A stretch of DNA of 33,933 nt, the filler included, from an uncultured virus (IMG/VR IMGVR_UViG_3300010964_000005) (taxonomy: Duplodnaviria; Heunggongvirae; Uroviricota; Caudoviricetes). It is 2 parts of one record of this genome, joined end to end, with 100 filler letters (N's around TTAATTAATTAA, not from the genome) between each part and the next. Parts side by side here need not be neighbours in the genome. Positions count along the whole stretch, not along the records: positions 11,825 to 33,933 come from IMGVR_UViG_3300010964_000005; 1 more part is not named here. The stretch is one strand, 5' to 3'. The first letter of the stretch is position 1. Each line of letters starts with the position of its first letter. Below the pieces are notes generated by a model. It made no database searches and was not told the DNA's origin. It saw only the letters and a list, made by a program, of their open reading frames with translations. Below are positions 24,554-33,406 of this stretch, piece after piece. A program made the position numbers and the translations under genes.

Positions 24554-25104
24554 TGCGGCGGACCCGAAATCGCGGTGCCGGCCTGCACCTTCGTATGGAG
24601 GTGGCTTTTCAGGCTCTTGCCGCCGCCCACGACATCCTCGCTGGCGGTCAGCTTGCCGGTGATGTCGACGGGGCCCTCGACCGACAGCGGCCCTTTGAGC
24701 GACAGCCCGCCGTCCGCGACGATCGCGGCGGCCCCGCCGGCGGGGAGGGCGATGGTCAGGCGATGGGTTTGCGGGTCATAGGCCAGGCGCGCGCCGTCAT
24801 CGAATTCGATCGCCGCGCCAGGGCCGCGACCGATATGCGGCCGTGCGTCGCTGGCCAGGCCACCGATGACCAGGCCGCGCGCCGCATCGCCCTCAGGCGC
24901 GAGGACCAGGACCTGTTCCCCGATCGCGGGCGGAAGCCAGATCCGCGCGGCGCCCATGCGGGGGGAGAGGAAGGGGATATCGCCGGTGGTCAGATCGTCC
25001 GCGAAGGCGACGGTGCAGGTGCCCGCGTCATGGTCGACCGACGCGACCAGCCCTTCGCGCAGGAGATCGCCCACGAGGCGTTGGATATCGGCGGGATCGG
25101 CCAT
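24550..25104 (-). CDS. Baseplate central spike (P2 gpV-like)
   Basis: WLPPAIGEQVLVLAPEGD, FDDGARLAYD, C-terminal SLKSHLH (HxH iron site). Confidence 0.9.
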   Translation of the reverse strand: MADPADIQRLVGDLLREGLVASVDHDAGTCTVAFADDLTTGDIPFLSPRMGAARIWLPPAIGEQVLVLAPEGDAARGLVIGGLASDARPHIGRGPGAAIEFDDGARLAYDPQTHRLTIALPAGGAAAIVADGGLSLKGPLSVEGPVDITGKLTASEDVVGGGKSLKSHLHTKVQAGTAISGPPQ

Positions 25105-25142
25105 GACCGCGACCATGCGCCCCGCGCCAATGTTGGCGAGCC

Positions 25143-25177
25143 CCGCCTCTTGTAGAGAGGGTCTCTACAAGAGGCGG
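25143..25177 (-). promoter_or_regulatory. Ogr-type late promoter activator site upstream of V
   Basis: TTGTAG-N9-CTACAA inside a palindrome with 16-bp arms, CCGCCTCTTGTAGAGA-GGG-TCTCTACAAGAGGCGG. Confidence 0.75.
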
Positions 25178-25183
25178 ACGGAT

Positions 25184-26041
25184 TCAGGCCAGGCGGGCGC
25201 GGTTGTAGCGCTCTTCGTCCTGATGCAGCTTGAGCGGATCGAGCGCCGTCTGTCCGGGCCATTTGGTGAAGGTGCGGCTGAAGCGCGGGAATATCGCGTT
25301 GGCTGCGCCATATCCCGCCATGCCGTTGAAATACATCGGACGGTTATTTTCCACCCAGGCGCTGGGCTTGCGATGCGCGACGGCCGCGCCGATCTCGACC
25401 CCGTCGCAGAACAGGCGCGAGGTGGCGGTATCGGCGGTCGTGTCGAACGCTAGGTGATGACCGATGTGCACCAGCGTCCCCACCGCGCGGGCCGGGGCGC
25501 GGACGCCGGTTGTCCATTCGACCACCTCGCGCGTGGCGTGATCGATGGCGAGTCCATAGTCGATGTCGATGCCCGAACCCCGACCGAGCAACCCTTGCTG
25601 ATACTGGACCGGCTCGGCCGCCATGAAGAACCAGAGGTCGATATAGAAGTCGCGGAACGCTTCGCTCTTGGGGTTCATGACCTTGCCGTCGTCGATGCCG
25701 GCTTTGGCCAGGACATAGACCGTCGCACCGTTGCGCGACCCGCCGCGATAGCCGCGTGCATCGGCGGGCCACGGGTCACCGCCGCCCTCGACCAGGCGCA
25801 GCGATACCGCCAGGTCGCGCCCCAGGACCGGGGATTTGTTGAGCGCCAGATTGGCGAAACTCAGGACCGGTTGCGCCGCGCCCGCGACGGGGAGCGCTCC
25901 GCCCCATTGGACGGACGTGCGCCAGTCGTGACAGAAATCGGTCGTTCCTTTCGCCTGAGCGGCGGGATCGTCGCAGAAAAGGGGGGCGAGGTTATCGGCC
26001 GCCGCATAGGCGAGGCGGGTGACTTGGGTGGTGTCTGCCAT
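25184..26041 (-). CDS. Tail-associated protein with probable LamG/concanavalin-like beta-sandwich
   Basis: AAGGA RBS; FYIDLWF, LVHIGHHLAFD and SRLFCDGVEIG resemble LamG strands; follows the tail esterase gene. Confidence 0.6.
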   Translation of the reverse strand: MADTTQVTRLAYAAADNLAPLFCDDPAAQAKGTTDFCHDWRTSVQWGGALPVAGAAQPVLSFANLALNKSPVLGRDLAVSLRLVEGGGDPWPADARGYRGGSRNGATVYVLAKAGIDDGKVMNPKSEAFRDFYIDLWFFMAAEPVQYQQGLLGRGSGIDIDYGLAIDHATREVVEWTTGVRAPARAVGTLVHIGHHLAFDTTADTATSRLFCDGVEIGAAVAHRKPSAWVENNRPMYFNGMAGYGAANAIFPRFSRTFTKWPGQTALDPLKLHQDEERYNRARLA

Positions 26042-26050
26042 GATGGTTCC

Positions 26051-27898
26051 TTACAGCGAGAGCGACTGGAGGCCGCGAAGCACGAGGGGAGCGAAGGCCG
26101 CGCCGATATAGTCGTGACCGACCTGGGGCGGGTGGGCCTGATCGCCGGCGATCCATTCCACTGTCGCATCGGGCACGACCATCATCGCGGTCGGGGCCCG
26201 CGTTTCGACGAAGAAGGATCGCTTACCCTGCGGGTCCTCGGCCGCACACACGGCGTCGAAACCAGCGCGCACGGCGGCCGATTGTGCATCGGATGGCGCG
26301 TTGCCAGGCGCGCGCAGGATACCGGTCTGCACCATCACGGCATCGCCGGGCAGGCGTGCGAAAGCTTCGGTCCAATAGGCGGTAACGGCGGCCTGGATCT
26401 CCGCCTCGCTCCGACCCGCATCATTGATGCTGGCCTGGGTCAAAAAGATCAGCGGCTGATGCGCCGGGGGCAGGTTCGCGGCGATCTCGCCAAGGCGCTG
26501 ACCATACCGGACATCGCCGTTGATGAAGCCAGTTCCGCCCATCGTGTTGAGCCACACGTCCTCGATGCCGAGCATGTCCGCCATGCGGTGGGCCCACACC
26601 CCTTGCGGGTAATCGGGAAAGACCTGGCCATAGCTGTCCTGCATGACCATGAGGCGCGGCCCGGCGACTGGCCAGGGCCGCACGGTGCTGCCCTTCGGGA
26701 CCCGCAGGTCGGCAAACTGGACCAGGCCGGCGCCCATGCAGATCTCGATGCGACGCATGCGGCGGGTTGTATGACCGATGAAACCATCGGCACCGCTGAG
26801 CTTGATGGTCGCACCCGTACCGGTGCCCCCCGTGGCGGCGACCGCGTCGGACGAAAGCGCGGTCAGCGTTCCCCAGGCTTTCACCCGCAGGCCCGAGGCG
26901 CGGAGCGCGCCATCGGCGTTGACCGAGGTGACTTCCAAGCGCAGCGGATCGCCCGCGGTGCCCGCGACGGTCAGAACGTCGCCTTCCGCATAGCCCGATC
27001 CCCCCGCCGTCACCGTGTAGGTCGGGCGGATGGTGCGGGTGTCTGCACCGAAGTCGATGCACATGATCGGCCAATCGTCCTCGCCATCGCCGAGGTCGAG
27101 GGTTCGCGATAGGGACACGGGTTGGCCATCGACCAGCACCCGGGCCTGTCCCGTGTAGCCGTACCGCACATCGATACGCGGGGCGTCGGTGACGAAGCGG
27201 ATGGAAAAGTGGGGCGCGTAGATCGACCCGTCCGCCGCCTTGATCCACCCGCCCGCCACCATTTCGTTGTTGGGATAGTCGCTGTTGCGATGGACCAGCG
27301 GAAGGGATGCGGTCAGGCGGGGATCGTCATAGCGCAGGATCTCGGCGGACGCGGCGGGGGTCAGCGGTTTGGTTAATGTCCGCCGAACCACCTTCGGCGG
27401 ATTGGGGTGGAGGGCGGCCGCATCGCGCAGACGAAGTCCACGCAGCTCGGCGATCTTCGCTGCCCAAGCGGCATTGCCGCCACCCGTTTCGACATCCTGC
27501 GCAGGGTAGTTGCCGAACAGCACATGCTTGCCGCGCACGACGCGGCCGTTGACGTCGACGGTGCAGGTGATCCAGCCGCCCTTGCGCGCGATCGTCTCGA
27601 CGCCTTCGCCTCCGCCCTCCAGCACGAGAATGCGCCTTTCCAGAGCAGAGCGCCCGCCGTCATAATTGCTGAGGACCGGGTGATAGCCCGACACGACGCG
27701 GTTGTTGCTGTCGACCACCACTTCCTGCCAGCCGGCACGAACCGGTTCGATGCCGATCGCCACCACCAGGCGCGCCACGGCGCCATCGACCAAGCCCCCG
27801 ATGCGGGCCGCCTTGGTCGCGCCATCGGCCCCGACCACCGGGACGAGTTCGGTCCCTGCGGGGTTGGCGAGTTGGGGGAGTTCGGAGATCTTGGCCAT
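26051..27898 (-). CDS. Tail fibre/spike protein with C-terminal SGNH hydrolase domain
   Basis: N-terminal MAKISELP...ELVPVV anchor; SGNH blocks QDSYG, GGTGF, ASIND and DQAHP. Confidence 0.75.
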   Translation of the reverse strand: MAKISELPQLANPAGTELVPVVGADGATKAARIGGLVDGAVARLVVAIGIEPVRAGWQEVVVDSNNRVVSGYHPVLSNYDGGRSALERRILVLEGGGEGVETIARKGGWITCTVDVNGRVVRGKHVLFGNYPAQDVETGGGNAAWAAKIAELRGLRLRDAAALHPNPPKVVRRTLTKPLTPAASAEILRYDDPRLTASLPLVHRNSDYPNNEMVAGGWIKAADGSIYAPHFSIRFVTDAPRIDVRYGYTGQARVLVDGQPVSLSRTLDLGDGEDDWPIMCIDFGADTRTIRPTYTVTAGGSGYAEGDVLTVAGTAGDPLRLEVTSVNADGALRASGLRVKAWGTLTALSSDAVAATGGTGTGATIKLSGADGFIGHTTRRMRRIEICMGAGLVQFADLRVPKGSTVRPWPVAGPRLMVMQDSYGQVFPDYPQGVWAHRMADMLGIEDVWLNTMGGTGFINGDVRYGQRLGEIAANLPPAHQPLIFLTQASINDAGRSEAEIQAAVTAYWTEAFARLPGDAVMVQTGILRAPGNAPSDAQSAAVRAGFDAVCAAEDPQGKRSFFVETRAPTAMMVVPDATVEWIAGDQAHPPQVGHDYIGAAFAPLVLRGLQSLSL

Positions 27899-27907
27899 CG
27901 CGGATCC

Positions 27908-28924
27908 TTATCGACCGACCGCGATCCAGCGGATCGCGTCGATATTGGCGCTGTCGCTCGCCTGTTTCTGAACGAAGGCGGTGAAGGTGGCGGCGGAGAG
28001 GGCGCGCTCCTGGACGTAGCTGTCGCACTCAATCCGGCCACTGGTGTTGATCGCGATCCCGACCGCGATCAGGCAAGCATTGGGAAATGGGGTCGCGAAA
28101 TTGATGGCGACGGAGCCTTCCCCGTGCGGCCCCTGGGTCACGCCGGTCTTGACGAAGACGCCGGGCGTCATCTGGAATTCGCCATTGGTCGCGATCGTCC
28201 CCGCCAGCGCCGCCAGCCCGGCCGGGGTGATCGCGACATCGCCGCGCGTTCCCGCCCGCACCTCGGCACCGCTGGCGGCGTCGACCGTCAAGGTGCGATT
28301 GGCGGTCAGGTCGCCACCGCCCTTGACCAGGCCGGAACCATAGATGGTTCGCGCGGTGAGTCCTGCCAGCGCCTGGCTAACGGCGTCGATCGCGGCGGTG
28401 ATCATCGCCTTGACCACCGCGCCAGTGGTCACGCGGGTCGTATCGCCGGCGTCGGCTTCCGCCAGCGTGGCCAGCTCGACGACGCCTTTCCGTGCCTCGG
28501 TGCCCGGCGGGTTGAGGAAGTTGGTCGAGCCGAAGGTAATGTTTTCGACGCCGGCGACCGGGAACGCGATATCGATCGCCAGCGCCAGCATCGAGCCGAC
28601 CGACTTCTCCGCGATCGGCGTCGGCTGCGCATAGACCGCAAACAGGGTCCCGTCCGCCAGGAACAGCCCGAACCCGCGCACCGAATAGGTCACCGCCTCA
28701 TCATCGGTGACGGTCATGTGAACGATGTTCTGCGCCTCGACCGAGCCCGACACGGTCGCCAGCCGCTTGAATTCACCGGGCAGTGCGGTGAGCGTCGGGG
28801 CGGCGACGAAGTTGGTCGCGGTCAGCCCGACGCGGGCGATGGTCAGATCGATATCGTCGCTCGCTTGCGCGGCGGTGAAGCGACCGAGCCCGGCCGTGGT
28901 CATGGTGAGTTTGAGCGCGGTCAT
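27908..28924 (-). CDS. Short tail fibre protein (P2 gpH position)
   Basis: MTTAGL N-terminus, GFGLFLADGTLFAVY, ARKGVVELAT repeat, C-terminal INFATPFPNAC...WIAVGR. Confidence 0.82.
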   Translation of the reverse strand: MTALKLTMTTAGLGRFTAAQASDDIDLTIARVGLTATNFVAAPTLTALPGEFKRLATVSGSVEAQNIVHMTVTDDEAVTYSVRGFGLFLADGTLFAVYAQPTPIAEKSVGSMLALAIDIAFPVAGVENITFGSTNFLNPPGTEARKGVVELATLAEADAGDTTRVTTGAVVKAMITAAIDAVSQALAGLTARTIYGSGLVKGGGDLTANRTLTVDAASGAEVRAGTRGDVAITPAGLAALAGTIATNGEFQMTPGVFVKTGVTQGPHGEGSVAINFATPFPNACLIAVGIAINTSGRIECDSYVQERALSAATFTAFVQKQASDSANIDAIRWIAVGR

Positions 28925-29580
28925 AGGCGGGTGTCCAGAAAGGTGCCGTCGTTGGACTGGAGCGGTTCGCCATCCTCGGTCTGAAGATAGGCGATCCAGT
29001 CGGGCGACTGGTCGATCACCAGGTCGGCATCGTTGCGGGTGTAAGCGACGGCACGGGCGACGCCGGTGATCCCGATCGCGCCGGACGTTCGGATCTCCTG
29101 GACCAGCCGCATATGTTCGCGCAGCGGCTTCACGCGCGCGATCTCCCGAATGATCGCATCCGCGAAGGCCGCCGATGTGCGGCGCCCGCCGGGGGCGGTG
29201 CCATCGGGCAACACCATCGGCACGATCACGTCAAAGGTATGGGCCGGGCGCCGCGGATTGGCCTGATGCCATTCGATCAGGCGCGCGAGCTGGTCGAAGC
29301 GGGACAGAACATCTTCGACCGAGGCACGGGTCCCCTTTTTACGATGCATGGCGATCGATCCGGCTATGGCCGTCCGCTTGTCCGCCTCCGACCAGTCGGC
29401 ATCCCAGGCGTCGACCGATTCTCCGTAAGCGAGCCATGGGAGCAGGAATGCCGGCGCGGTCATCGGATCGGCGACGGCGTCCGCCAGTGCGGCCGCATCG
29501 ACCGGAGGTGGCATCGTAACGCCCGCCTCCAACGCCCGCTCCAGCGGCGTCGCGTTCGGAGGTAGGAGGCTATTCGTCAT
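28921..29580 (-). CDS. Tail protein I (P2 gpI-like)
   Basis: SLLPPNATPLERAL, LLPWLAY..SVDAWD, HRKKGT, KPLREH. Confidence 0.9.
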   Translation of the reverse strand: MTNSLLPPNATPLERALEAGVTMPPPVDAAALADAVADPMTAPAFLLPWLAYGESVDAWDADWSEADKRTAIAGSIAMHRKKGTRASVEDVLSRFDQLARLIEWHQANPRRPAHTFDVIVPMVLPDGTAPGGRRTSAAFADAIIREIARVKPLREHMRLVQEIRTSGAIGITGVARAVAYTRNDADLVIDQSPDWIAYLQTEDGEPLQSNDGTFLDTRL

Positions 29581-30466
29581 AGCCGGCATGGGTCACGGAG
29601 ATGGCGGTGCAGCGCGCGGCCTGGGTCGGACCGCACACGATTTCGGCAATGGGCGCGTCGAGCACGACCCGTTGCACGCCCTCCACCGTCAGCGCGGCGG
29701 ACAGACCCGATAGGGTGATGTTGCGCCCCAGCTTTCGCGAGCGCGACAGATAGGCATTCAGGCTGGCCAGGGCGGTAGCGAGGACCAGTGCCGCATCGGG
29801 GCCCGCAAAGGTCCAGATCCGGGCCGTCACGACGAAGGGGACCAAGCCGGCGCTGGCGACGGTGACCAGGTCACCAAGCGGCCGGATCTGCGGATCCGTG
29901 ACGATCGCGCGAACGGCCGCCAGGAGATCCGCCGAGGCGGAGCCGTCGCCGTCACGAGAAAGAATGGAGATCAGCACTTCCCCCGGCGCCGGGGAAGTCG
30001 CGCTGGCGTCCAGCACCTGCGCGCTCGCATCCTTGGCGTGCGCGACGTAAGCCAGTTCGGGCCCGGCCGCCGCGAACTTCTCCGGACCCAGAACGATGCG
30101 GGCGCGCAGATCATCGTCGGCTTCCATGACGGCGGGGGCACCGGTTGCGTCGTTGGCGGCGATCAACGTCAGACGCGCCACGCCGATCGCCGCGCCGATA
30201 TGATCGAGCGTCGCACCGGTCGCATAGGCGACCAGGCGTGCGACCAGGCGTTCGTTGAAATCCTGTTGGTCGAGCATCTGGACATAGGCGGCGACCTGAA
30301 GGACCTTGACCGCCGGGTCGCTGTCCACGGTCGCGTCGAAGCTGGGCAGGATCGCCTGGACACGCGCGATCATCCTGGCGAGGATCGTGTCATAGTCGAC
30401 GGGCGCGATGATGATCGGGCGGTCCAGGCGCGACAGATCGACGGTGGTGGAGGAGTTGGCGGCCAT
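29570..30466 (-). CDS. Baseplate J-like protein (P2 gpJ)
   Basis: VDLSRL, SDPAVKVL, AYATGATLDHIGA, AGPELAY, IRPLGDLVTV, GVQRV. Confidence 0.92.
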   Translation of the reverse strand: MAANSSTTVDLSRLDRPIIIAPVDYDTILARMIARVQAILPSFDATVDSDPAVKVLQVAAYVQMLDQQDFNERLVARLVAYATGATLDHIGAAIGVARLTLIAANDATGAPAVMEADDDLRARIVLGPEKFAAAGPELAYVAHAKDASAQVLDASATSPAPGEVLISILSRDGDGSASADLLAAVRAIVTDPQIRPLGDLVTVASAGLVPFVVTARIWTFAGPDAALVLATALASLNAYLSRSRKLGRNITLSGLSAALTVEGVQRVVLDAPIAEIVCGPTQAARCTAISVTHAGYDE

Positions 30467-30511
30467 CGCCGCCCATGTCGGGTGCGCCGCCATGGGGTGG
30501 CGAGCCCGCGC

Positions 30512-30536
30512 TCTTGTAGAGACCCTCTCTACAAGA
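30512..30536 (-). promoter_or_regulatory. Ogr-type late promoter activator site upstream of J
   Basis: TCTTGTAGAGA-CCC-TCTCTACAAGA (TTGTAG-N9-CTACAA); downstream GGGCTCGCCA is shared with the V site. Confidence 0.75.
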
Positions 30537-31202
30537 TCAGCCGCCCGCGACGTGATCGAGCAGCATGTCGATCGCCATCGCGCGTTCGCGTTCGGTCAGT
30601 CCGACGAGCCCGCGCTGTGCGTAGCGGATCTGGCGTCCCCCCTGTTTCGGTGCATCCATCTTGCCGAGCTGGTGAACCTCGGCGACCAGCGAGGCGCGGC
30701 CGGTGAAACCGATCCATGCCTCGCTATCGGTCGCATCGGCGCGCAGGAAGCGGCCCGAGCGCAGCTTGCGGAACATCGCCTGGCGGCGGATATTGCCGCG
30801 CCGGCGGAATTTGCCGGCGCCCTTGTTCTGATCCTCGGGTTCGACGGGGAGCCAGCGATCCACCTTGTCCCAGAAAAAGGAGCGGATCGCGCCGGCCTCG
30901 GCATCGAAACCGGTGATGAGGGGGCCCTGGCGGACCCATGATTTCATGAAGACCAGGCGGGGATTGGCGTCCCCCTTGGGATAGAGAAACTTCACCGCAT
31001 AATTGCCGGGACGCTGTTCGCGGCGCGGACGGCGGGGCGTGTAGCGCGATCCGTCGGGGTTCTCCTGACGGCCGATCCGCTCCGACTGAGTCGCGCGCAG
31101 GGCGCGGGCCATCTTGCGCAGGAGCGAGCGACGTTCGGCGCTCGACAGGCTGCGCAGGAGATTACCCGCCAGTTGTTCGATCGGCGCGAAATCGTCGCTC
31201 AT
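30537..31202 (-). CDS. Virion morphogenesis/tail completion protein (P2 gpS-like) with internal insertion
   Basis: RIGRQENPDGSRYTPR, MFRKLR, AEVHQLG, YAQRGLVGL. Confidence 0.88.
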   Translation of the reverse strand: MSDDFAPIEQLAGNLLRSLSSAERRSLLRKMARALRATQSERIGRQENPDGSRYTPRRPRREQRPGNYAVKFLYPKGDANPRLVFMKSWVRQGPLITGFDAEAGAIRSFFWDKVDRWLPVEPEDQNKGAGKFRRRGNIRRQAMFRKLRSGRFLRADATDSEAWIGFTGRASLVAEVHQLGKMDAPKQGGRQIRYAQRGLVGLTERERAMAIDMLLDHVAGG

Positions 31203-31687
31203 GGGCGGGAGGCGGCGATCGTCGTCGTGCCGGCGACCAGGTCCTCCGCCAGTCCTTCCCATAGCCGGGCGCCCTCGGCGCCGGCAAAGATGTCGGGCGG
31301 GAGCAGATCCGCGAGATGTTCGGTGGTGACGCCGCCCTCGACCCGTTCGACCTTGACGCGCTCGGTCAGCTCGATCGTGATCGACAGGTCGTGGAGATCC
31401 TTGGCCAGCCATTCGCTTTCGAAGGCGAAGGGCTGGCTGTCCTGGCGCTGGAGCAGCTCGGGCTGGTTGTCCGCGATCCAGGCCAGGATGGGGACGATCA
31501 CCTCGTCCTGGTCGCCGGCATAGTCCTCGACCACCAGGTTGACCGAGCAGCGATATTCGAAGGAGAGATTACCGGCGCGGGCGATGATCTGCCCGCGATC
31601 GACGAAGATCGCGAGCTTGGACGGATCCGCCGCCAGCGCCGGCACGGCGCGGACGAGCAGATCGCGCAGCGAGTCGACCTTCCTCAT
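31199..31687 (-). CDS. Tail completion protein (P2 gpR-like)
   Basis: MRKVDSLRDLL, SFEYR, PILAWIADNQPEL, DLSITIELTERVKV. Confidence 0.9.
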   Translation of the reverse strand: MRKVDSLRDLLVRAVPALAADPSKLAIFVDRGQIIARAGNLSFEYRCSVNLVVEDYAGDQDEVIVPILAWIADNQPELLQRQDSQPFAFESEWLAKDLHDLSITIELTERVKVERVEGGVTTEHLADLLPPDIFAGAEGARLWEGLAEDLVAGTTTIAASRP

Positions 31688-33078
31688 GGGACCTCCAGAT
31701 CGTCGACAGTGACGACATCGATCGCGCTGCGGTTCGCGTCGAGATAGGCGAGGAGCTGGTCGAAGGCGGGGCGCCAGTTCGACATGGAACCGCTCAGTCC
31801 GTCGTGGAACACCAGGAAGCCGACGCCCTTTTGCGCCATCGCGCGATCGACATGGTTTTTCCAATAGGTGGTATAGATCGCGGCGCTATTGCCCCATTGG
31901 AATTCCCCGGCTCCCATGGCACGGATCCGCATCGGATCGCCCCAGGGATAGGTTTCGATGATGGAGAATTCACCGAAATAATAGGCGCGGACCGACCGGT
32001 AATTGCGAAACATCGGATAGGTCAGCATGTTGGTCGCGCCAACATTGCCGAAATAGGAGCCATGCGACCCGCCGCTGAGCCCCAGGCCATTTTGCCAGTT
32101 GCGCAGCTTGGCGGTCTCGGCGGTTCGCTGATCGGCACTCATCAGCTCCAGGCCGCCGGGCCCGGTGTTATTTTCCGTGCTGTAGGCCTGGCTGGCGATC
32201 TGCCACCCAAGATTGTCGTGCAGCGTCTTGATCTGCGAGGTAGGCAGCTTGCCGGTGCGGTTGGCGTCGATCGCTGGCGACAGGTAAAGGACGCCCCGGA
32301 AACCATAACGCGCCATGGCGCGCGACGCGTAGTTGATCGTCGCCGGATACTGATCGTCGAAGCCGATAATGAACTTGGCTTTGTTGAGCGTATTGGCGAC
32401 CAGCTCGATATTGCCGACCGCGATCGTGATGGGAGAGGATGTGTTGGCCTGCATCGTCACCATCGCCCAGGTGACGGCGGACAGGTTGGCGCCGTTGCCG
32501 ACCGCCACGAACTGGCTGACCGGGACGGTGAAGGAGCCCCAGCGCTGTTCCTTGTCCTTCTGCCCCTCTCGGATCAGGCCGGAGAAGTTGTACTCGTGGT
32601 AATTGGCGCCAGGGGAAGACGGGTTCCCCTCCGAATAGAGGCGGACCTTGTAGCTATCGAGGCGAGGGTCGACGGACGCGATCGGCTTCGTCCAGATGCG
32701 GACATTCTGCCCCGTCGCGATTACCGGGTTAGCGAGCGTCGCGATCGGGCGGAGCTGGCGTGCGTTGAACGATGCGAGGGTAATGGTCAGCCGTGTATCG
32801 CCATAGAGCGGATCCGCTGCCACATCGCTGGCTTCGGACGGTGCGCCGTTGAGCCGCGCGACCTGGTCGAACGACGCCAGCACCGCGATCGGGGCCGCGA
32901 CGCGGTAGCGCTGATAGGCCCGACCGCCCACGGCGGGGCCCTTGTCGCCGTCCGCCGGCTGGCCTGGCCATTCGGGGCTCGGCAGCGCGGCGCCGGGCGC
33001 GGGGGGCGGGACGATGATCTGAGCATCGGCCGGGACGGCCATCAGGAGCGCGGTCAGCGCGGCGATCACCTTACGCAT
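31684..33078 (-). CDS. Secreted polysaccharide deacetylase-like (CE4/NodB) protein with N-terminal beta-rich domain
   Basis: Signal peptide MRKVIAALTALLMAVPADA|Q; FIIGFDDQY, RYGFRGVLY, GWQIASQ, FLVFHD and IDVVTVDD match the NodB fold. Confidence 0.75.
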   Translation of the reverse strand: MRKVIAALTALLMAVPADAQIIVPPPAPGAALPSPEWPGQPADGDKGPAVGGRAYQRYRVAAPIAVLASFDQVARLNGAPSEASDVAADPLYGDTRLTITLASFNARQLRPIATLANPVIATGQNVRIWTKPIASVDPRLDSYKVRLYSEGNPSSPGANYHEYNFSGLIREGQKDKEQRWGSFTVPVSQFVAVGNGANLSAVTWAMVTMQANTSSPITIAVGNIELVANTLNKAKFIIGFDDQYPATINYASRAMARYGFRGVLYLSPAIDANRTGKLPTSQIKTLHDNLGWQIASQAYSTENNTGPGGLELMSADQRTAETAKLRNWQNGLGLSGGSHGSYFGNVGATNMLTYPMFRNYRSVRAYYFGEFSIIETYPWGDPMRIRAMGAGEFQWGNSAAIYTTYWKNHVDRAMAQKGVGFLVFHDGLSGSMSNWRPAFDQLLAYLDANRSAIDVVTVDDLEVP

Positions 33079-33406
33079 TGGGGACCCTCGACAAAATGAC
33101 ATTGGCGCCGGTGGTGTTGGTGAGGACGACATCGACCAACGTTCCGGCCGCGAATTGGAGGGACGTACCGCCGCCCGCATCGGCACCGCCCTTGGTGAGG
33201 AGCTGGATCATGTTACCGGCGGGATCGCGGTAGCGCAGTGCGATCTGGCCATAGCTGGCGCAGGCCTGCGCCAGCACATAATTGCCGCCGAAGAGCGTGA
33301 CGGGGGCACTGGCAACGTTGTTGCTGGCCAGCGCGAACTGCTCCTGGCGACGATCGCCGGTCGCGTCGAAGATCGCGCGGCGTCGTTCGATGGTGGACGC
33401 GGTCAT
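33071..33406 (-). CDS. Hypothetical beta-rich protein (111 aa)
   Basis: AAAGGAGA RBS; overlaps the o-spanin stop and the deacetylase start. Confidence 0.7.
   Translation of the reverse strand: MTASTIERRRAIFDATGDRRQEQFALASNNVASAPVTLFGGNYVLAQACASYGQIALRYRDPAGNMIQLLTKGGADAGGGTSLQFAAGTLVDVVLTNTTGANVILSRVPNA

Noticed and set aside
25143..30536. The two reverse-complementary palindromes as invertase sites flipping the fibre cassette
   Set aside because: No recombinase is visible, all enclosed genes are co-oriented, and the motif and position fit Ogr-activated promoters.
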